Shown piece after piece: positions 4,681 through 9,359 of a stretch of 9,359 nucleotides of DNA (position 1 is the stretch's first letter; every line of letters starts with the position of its first letter). The stretch comes from Candidatus Woesearchaeota archaeon (GTDB taxonomy: Archaea > Nanobdellota > Nanobdellia > Woesearchaeales > ARS49), in NCBI GenBank assembly GCA_016203345.1, contig JACQMZ010000020.1, positions 1-9,359 on the forward strand, in the 5' to 3' direction. Under the pieces are notes generated by a model, which was not told where the DNA came from, made no database searches, and was given only the letters and a program-made list of their open reading frames with translations. Position numbers and translations under genes: made by a program.

Positions 4681-5801
4681 GAAAACTTCAACGCGTACCC
4701 CTCTGGTATTTTGCTGGCGCGATTGTTGGCGACAGGTCGCATCAAGAGTTTTACCAAGCCGCTGTTTCTGCGTTAAAGGAGACTGGAAAAGTGTGGTCTG
4801 AACATGTGGCGTATCCTGACGTGCAGGCATGGGAATCGAAACAAAATGACAACGTGTTTCTCCGTGATTTCAGGGGGTTGAGAAGTTCAAAAGGGCTTGT
4901 TGCTGACATCAGCATGCCAACGACAGGAGGCGGCGGAGAGCTTGAGTTCGCTCTTAATACGGATATTCCGGTTTGTTGCGTCTACCTCGCAGGTGAAGAA
5001 GCGCAGACAAGAAATATCAGGCCGTCACCGTATGTTCTTCACCGCGCCACAAGCGGCACTGCGCCAAACCTCACTGTACAACCGTATGAAAACAAGGAAC
5101 AGCTTGAAAAGATTGTGCGAGAGTTTGCGCAACAGGAACTCAAGGCCCGACCCCTTCTGGCAGGCGCTTACTTCGTGCTTGAGGGACCTGATGGTGCTGG
5201 TAAAACAACGCAGTGGAAGCTGGTGCTTGAACACTTAAAACAACAAGGTTATGATGTATTGTCTGTCAGGGAGCCGGGAGGAACGCTGCTGGGTGAAGAA
5301 GTGAGGAATATTTTGCTCAACAAAAACGTGCAGATGACGCCGTATGCTGAACTTTTCTTGTTTTCAAGTGCGCGTGTCCAGTTGTTTGAGGAGTCCATTC
5401 TGCCTGCGATGCACGCTGGAAAACTTGCTGTTAGTGACCGCAATTTTCTTTCCACAAATTGTTATCAGGGTGGCGGTCGCGGCATGAATAGGTCAGTACT
5501 GCACGTATTGAACACGCTTGCTACCAAACACACAGATCCTGACTATTGTCTCGTGCTCGATGCGCCAGGAGGGGTGCTGGACAGGCGAAAGGGTTCCCTG
5601 CCAAAAGACCGTATCGAAAAGGAAGGTGCAGGATTCCATGATCGTGTCAGGCAAGCATACAAAGACTTTTGTTGCGAACTGCCCAATGCAGAGTTGATTT
5701 CGATCATGGACGGCGACAGAGAACTTACAGTAGACGAGTTGTTCCAAACTGTGAAGTCAAGGATAGACACGTTTCTCAAAGACAACTTCCGAGAAGCTTG
5801 A
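4677..5801 (+). CDS. tmk: Bifunctional protein: DNPH1/Rcl-like (nucleoside 2-deoxyribosyltransferase superfamily) N-terminal domain fused to thymidylate kinase
   Basis: aa 163-374 carry YFVLEGPDGAGKTTQ (P-loop), SVREPGGTLLGEEVRNILL and SDRNFLST.CYQG, a classic dTMP kinase. aa ~7-150 carry WYFAGAIVGDR, FYQAAVSALKETGKVWSEHVA, LRDF, VADISMPTTGGGGELEFA and VCCVY, which resemble DNPH1/Rcl. The ATG overlaps the thyX-like stop (ATGA, 4677-4680). A G-rich GGGAAGGGA lies 4 nt upstream. Confidence 0.85.
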   Translation: MRKLQRVPLWYFAGAIVGDRSHQEFYQAAVSALKETGKVWSEHVAYPDVQAWESKQNDNVFLRDFRGLRSSKGLVADISMPTTGGGGELEFALNTDIPVCCVYLAGEEAQTRNIRPSPYVLHRATSGTAPNLTVQPYENKEQLEKIVREFAQQELKARPLLAGAYFVLEGPDGAGKTTQWKLVLEHLKQQGYDVLSVREPGGTLLGEEVRNILLNKNVQMTPYAELFLFSSARVQLFEESILPAMHAGKLAVSDRNFLSTNCYQGGGRGMNRSVLHVLNTLATKHTDPDYCLVLDAPGGVLDRRKGSLPKDRIEKEGAGFHDRVRQAYKDFCCELPNAELISIMDGDRELTVDELFQTVKSRIDTFLKDNFREA

Positions 5802-5809
5802 GAAACTTT

Positions 5810-6760
5810 TTAGCGCAACACATAATTTAAGTTTAATTCCACCATAAGGAAGAGAATGTAGACAAACACCAGCGTAACTCCTTCTTTCCACGTGATTTCT
5901 CGTCCTTTTTCAACAAATGTCGCAAAGAGAAAGCAGACGAAGACCATGAAGAGCGAGCTTGTAATAAACAAGAGAAAATCTGTTTGAATTGGGGTGATAA
6001 GGGCAGTGACTCCGAGGACAAGTGTGGAGTTTGCCACGACGCTTCCCATAAGATCTCCAATGTTTAATTGAGGGTGTTTCCTGACAATTGAAATTACGCC
6101 AAACGCCAGTTCGGGAAGAGATGTTCCGAGAGCGACGAAAAACAGCCCAATAAAAATTCGTGGAAGCGAGAGGTCAATGGCCAAATTCGTTCCTGATTCC
6201 ACAACCGTACGCGCACTGAAATACAGAACTGTCACACTTCCCACAAACAGTATCAGGTGGGCAATGCCTTTCCAATGCGTGACATGATTCTGAACAAGTT
6301 TGGGAAAGCTCTGCCGCTCATGCATCAAATGAAACAGGTATATCATAAAAGTGGCGAGCAAAACAAGCCCGTCGATCTGGCTTAGTTCGTTTCCGACGAA
6401 CATGAGTGCAACAGGCAGTGCGGCAATTGCAGTCATCCACAAGGCATCAGTCTTGATCAAAGGATTGCGCACAGGGATGCCTCGGGCAAGAATAACAGTC
6501 AATCCAAGAATGAGCGTCAGGTCGATGATGTTACTGCCAATCACGTTGCCCAATGCAAGCGATGCATTTCCACTGCGTCCAGCGCTGATGCCAACAAAAA
6601 GTTCAGGAAGACTCGTTGATACCGCCATGAGAACAAAAGCTATAACGAATTCGGTCATATGAAGAAATCTCGCAAGCATCACAAGAGAACGCACAAGAAG
6701 CCCTGCACTAACCATGAGCACAACACTGGACAAAACGAACCACGTCAGGTTAACCCACAC
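5810..6760 (-). CDS. CaCA-family Ca2+/cation antiporter (YrbG / NCX_Mj-like)
   Basis: Two alpha-repeats: STSLPELFVGISA...GNVIGSNIIDLTLILG and GTSLPELAFGVIS...GDLMGSVVANSTLVLG. About 10 hydrophobic segments. The maximal ORF starts at GTG 6802. I prefer GTG 6760, because GGGGGA (6772-6767) lies 6 nt upstream and TM1 is still included. Either start overlaps the ATPase 3' end (stop at 6752-6750). Confidence 0.85.
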   Translation of the reverse strand: MWVNLTWFVLSSVVLMVSAGLLVRSLVMLARFLHMTEFVIAFVLMAVSTSLPELFVGISAGRSGNASLALGNVIGSNIIDLTLILGLTVILARGIPVRNPLIKTDALWMTAIAALPVALMFVGNELSQIDGLVLLATFMIYLFHLMHERQSFPKLVQNHVTHWKGIAHLILFVGSVTVLYFSARTVVESGTNLAIDLSLPRIFIGLFFVALGTSLPELAFGVISIVRKHPQLNIGDLMGSVVANSTLVLGVTALITPIQTDFLLFITSSLFMVFVCFLFATFVEKGREITWKEGVTLVFVYILFLMVELNLNYVLR

Positions 6761-9359
6761 GGAAAGTCCCCCACTTGTACAATTCAAGTGCGGCAAAACC
6801 ACTCAAGGCAACAAAAACAATGGTGCCCATCTCTATGCCTGACAAAGGAACAACTCTAAAGAGCTCCTGAAGTGGTTGCCAGTAAATGACCGCAAGCTGT
6901 AACGCCAGCGATCCTCCGACTGCGGCGACCATGTATGGGTTTTTGAAAATGCCAATAGACAGGACAGGCCCGGTCAGCGATCGGCAACTCACTGCACGAA
7001 ACAACTCAAACAAGACGAGCGTTGAAAACGCAATGGTCTGCGCCTTCAAAACGTTTGCATCAAGATAATAGACGAACATGCCCAAGACTGCCACTGTCAA
7101 CAACAACGGTGACAGCAGCATCTGCCCGCCAGTGCCGGCGAACACGCTTGCTTCAGGCTTTCGCGGCGGCCGCGACATAATCCCTGGCCCAGCAGGATCC
7201 ACGCCTAATGCCAACGCCGGCAGGCCGTCAGTCATCAGATTGACCCACAACAAATGAATGGCAAGCAACGGCAAAGGCAGGCCGGCAACAACTGACACAA
7301 ACACCACCAACACTTCTCCAATATTGCATGACACAAGATACGTCAAGTATTTTTGAATGTTATCGTAAATCGTCCGACCTTCCTGCACTGCTTTCACGAT
7401 CGACGCGAAATTATCATCGGCAAGCACCATAGCGCTTGCTTCTTTTGCCACGTCGGTGCCGGTGATCCCCATGGCTATACCCAAGTCTGCTTTTTTGAGT
7501 GCAGGCGCGTCATTCACGCCATCTCCTGTCATGGCGACCACGTGGCCCTTCTTTTTCAACGCATCAACGATCGCCAATTTATGCGCAGGATCCACCCGGG
7601 CGTAAATCGCAATATCTTCAACTTCCTTCTCCAGGTCAAGCGATTCTACATCCTTGCCGGTAATGGCCCGTCCTATAATACCCAATTCCTTGCCTATCGC
7701 GACTGCAGTGGTCAAATGATCTCCAGTAATCATCACGACTTTAATCCCTGCAGTGCGGCACTGGGTGATGGCGTCCTTGACTTCCATGCGCGGCGGATCG
7801 ATCATTGCCTGCAAGCCAACCAAAACAAAATCCTTTTCCATTACCTTACTTTTTCCTTTCAAAGGCTTATACGCGAATGCCAGCACGCGCAAGGCATCCT
7901 GGGCAAACCCCTCGCACACTTTCAGAATCTGGCGTTTCTTTGCAGGAGTCAACGCAGTCTCTTTTCCATTCACCCGCAGCTTCTTGCACAAACCCAACAT
8001 GACTTCTGGCGCTCCCTTCATGTACGCCACTTTCTTGCCACTCACTGCATGCACAGTGGTCATCCGCTTCCGTTCGCTTGTAAACTCAACTTCGTCAACT
8101 CGTGGAAACTTTCCGTGTAGTTCTTCTGCATCAAGCCCTGCCTTTTTGGCGCTTACGATCAACGCAGCTTCTGTCGGGTCGCCCAACACTTCAAACGTGG
8201 AGTTTTCGTGGCGAACGCGTGCGTCATTATTGAGCGCGCCAATCTGCAGCAACAGTGAAAATTTCCTGGAATCCTCACTGAATTGGCCGGCAGGGTCGTA
8301 GCCTGATCCTGTAACGGTAATGACTTTCCCATTCACATACATTTTCGTCACTGTCATCTCATTGTGTGTAAGTGTTCCTGTCTTGTCAGAACAAATGACT
8401 GTGCACGCACCCAGAGTTTCCACACTTGGCAGCCGGCGCACGAGCGCGTTCTTCCGCGCCATTGCCTGCACACCCAGAGCAAGCGAAACTGTCACCACTG
8501 CAGGCAATCCTTCAGGAATCGCGGCCACTGCCAAAGCTACCGATGTCATAAACATTTCCACGAAGTCCTTTCCAAGTGCGACGCCCATTCCAAATGTCAC
8601 GACGGCAATGAGTACCACTGCAGTTCCCAAAAACTTTCCCAACCATGCCAGCTTTTTTTGCAATGGTGTTGGCTCGGTCTTTGTCTCCTGAATGAGAGAC
8701 GCAATCTTGCCCACTTCTGTTTTCATGCCCGTGCCAGTGACTACTGCCTTTCCATGCCCGCCAGTCACGATCGTGCCCGAAAACACCACGTTGCGACGTT
8801 CAGCAACAGGAACATCAGCAGAAAGCACCGCGTCCTCCTTTGACACGGGCAAACTCTCCCCAGTCAATGCAGCCTCCTGCGTCTTCAGGTTAACAACCTC
8901 CAAAAGGCGGGCGTCAGCAGGAATTTTGTCCCCTGTTTCCAGCAAAATAATATCGCCAGGAACCACACTGGAACTATCTACCTTTCGCTGGATGCCATCG
9001 CGCACAACAGTTGCCTTTAACGACAACACTTTTTTCAGCGCTTCAATAGCCGCCTCGGCCCGATAGTCCTGCACGAACCCAAGAATAGCGTTCAACACAA
9101 CGATGGCGGCAATGACGTAAAAGTCAGTGATTTCTCCGAGAAAATATGAAATGATCATTGCGCCAATCAGAATCCACACCAGAGGACTCGTGAATTGTTC
9201 GACAGCGAGCTTCAGAAGGCGAAACCGCTCGCGCACCTGAATAGTGTTCGGGCCATAGGTTTTCAGCCGCGCATCTGCCTCGGACTGTGACAGCCCTCGC
9301 GCAGGGTCGGTTTGCAGTTCATGAAGCACCTCTTTCGCAGGAACGGCAAAATATTCCAT
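6750..9359 (-). CDS. Ca2+-transporting P-type ATPase, P2A/SERCA-like (869 aa)
   Basis: Motifs present: LTGES, PEGLPAVVT (TM4 Ca site), CSDKTGTLT (phospho-Asp D325 at nt 8387-8385), KGAPE, MITGDH, TGDGVNDAPALKKADLGIAMG, NIGEV (TM5) and LLWVNLMTDGLPALALG (TM6). The ATG is the last codon of the window (9359-9357). The N-terminus looks complete (..EVLHELQTDPARGLS..EA..RL..YGPN), but an upstream extension cannot be excluded. Confidence 0.95.
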   Translation of the reverse strand: MEYFAVPAKEVLHELQTDPARGLSQSEADARLKTYGPNTIQVRERFRLLKLAVEQFTSPLVWILIGAMIISYFLGEITDFYVIAAIVVLNAILGFVQDYRAEAAIEALKKVLSLKATVVRDGIQRKVDSSSVVPGDIILLETGDKIPADARLLEVVNLKTQEAALTGESLPVSKEDAVLSADVPVAERRNVVFSGTIVTGGHGKAVVTGTGMKTEVGKIASLIQETKTEPTPLQKKLAWLGKFLGTAVVLIAVVTFGMGVALGKDFVEMFMTSVALAVAAIPEGLPAVVTVSLALGVQAMARKNALVRRLPSVETLGACTVICSDKTGTLTHNEMTVTKMYVNGKVITVTGSGYDPAGQFSEDSRKFSLLLQIGALNNDARVRHENSTFEVLGDPTEAALIVSAKKAGLDAEELHGKFPRVDEVEFTSERKRMTTVHAVSGKKVAYMKGAPEVMLGLCKKLRVNGKETALTPAKKRQILKVCEGFAQDALRVLAFAYKPLKGKSKVMEKDFVLVGLQAMIDPPRMEVKDAITQCRTAGIKVVMITGDHLTTAVAIGKELGIIGRAITGKDVESLDLEKEVEDIAIYARVDPAHKLAIVDALKKKGHVVAMTGDGVNDAPALKKADLGIAMGITGTDVAKEASAMVLADDNFASIVKAVQEGRTIYDNIQKYLTYLVSCNIGEVLVVFVSVVAGLPLPLLAIHLLWVNLMTDGLPALALGVDPAGPGIMSRPPRKPEASVFAGTGGQMLLSPLLLTVAVLGMFVYYLDANVLKAQTIAFSTLVLFELFRAVSCRSLTGPVLSIGIFKNPYMVAAVGGSLALQLAVIYWQPLQELFRVVPLSGIEMGTIVFVALSGFAALELYKWGTFRVG

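Noticed and set aside
2282-5801. Whole tRNA-to-tmk segment as an integrated virus or plasmid island
   Set aside because: There is no integrase, capsid, replication or partition gene. No direct repeat of the tRNA 3' end occurs in the window; the only partial matches are 7-10 nt strings such as AATCCCATGC at about 1806. The idea is kept only as a speculative note under the LAGLIDADG finding.
7353-9066. Series of long + strand ORFs (255, 182, 123, 159 and 124 aa) opposite the P-type ATPase gene
   Set aside because: They are shadow ORFs antisense to a gene with unmistakable P-type ATPase motifs. Their translations are Ser/Arg/Cys/His-rich with no recognisable motifs, and they overlap one another in different frames.
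1-9359. CRISPR arrays, rRNA genes, IS elements or transposases, and known defence-system genes
   Set aside because: I scanned both strands by eye. There are no regularly spaced direct repeats, no rRNA-like segments, and no DDE, serine or tyrosine recombinase motifs in any ORF of the track.

Overview
Gene-dense 9.4-kb window, about 90% coding, with ten genes and very short spacers. On the + strand: an 87-aa helical ORF overlapping a DUF192 gene, a putative lipoprotein with a beta-barrel-like C-terminal half, a tRNA-Trp(CCA), a tandem-domain ThyX-like thymidylate synthase, and a thymidylate kinase with a DNPH1/Rcl-like N-terminal domain. The last two are translationally coupled. On the - strand: a PagL-like lipid A deacylase, a short free-standing LAGLIDADG endonuclease-like ORF whose 3' end runs into the tRNA, and a SERCA-type Ca2+ P-type ATPase overlapping a CaCA Ca2+/cation exchanger. 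Three points deserve most attention. First, the thyX-like / DNPH1-like-Tmk module has a domain architecture I do not know from any characterised system. Second, the signals for domain of life conflict: an archaeal-type tRNA-Trp identity set and TATA-like boxes 22-23 nt upstream of ATGs sit beside bacterial outer-membrane-type proteins. Third, structured repeats and an apparently truncated homing endonuclease gene surround the tRNA. No CRISPR array, rRNA, integrase or transposase was seen. All family assignments come from motif recognition by eye, not from database searches.
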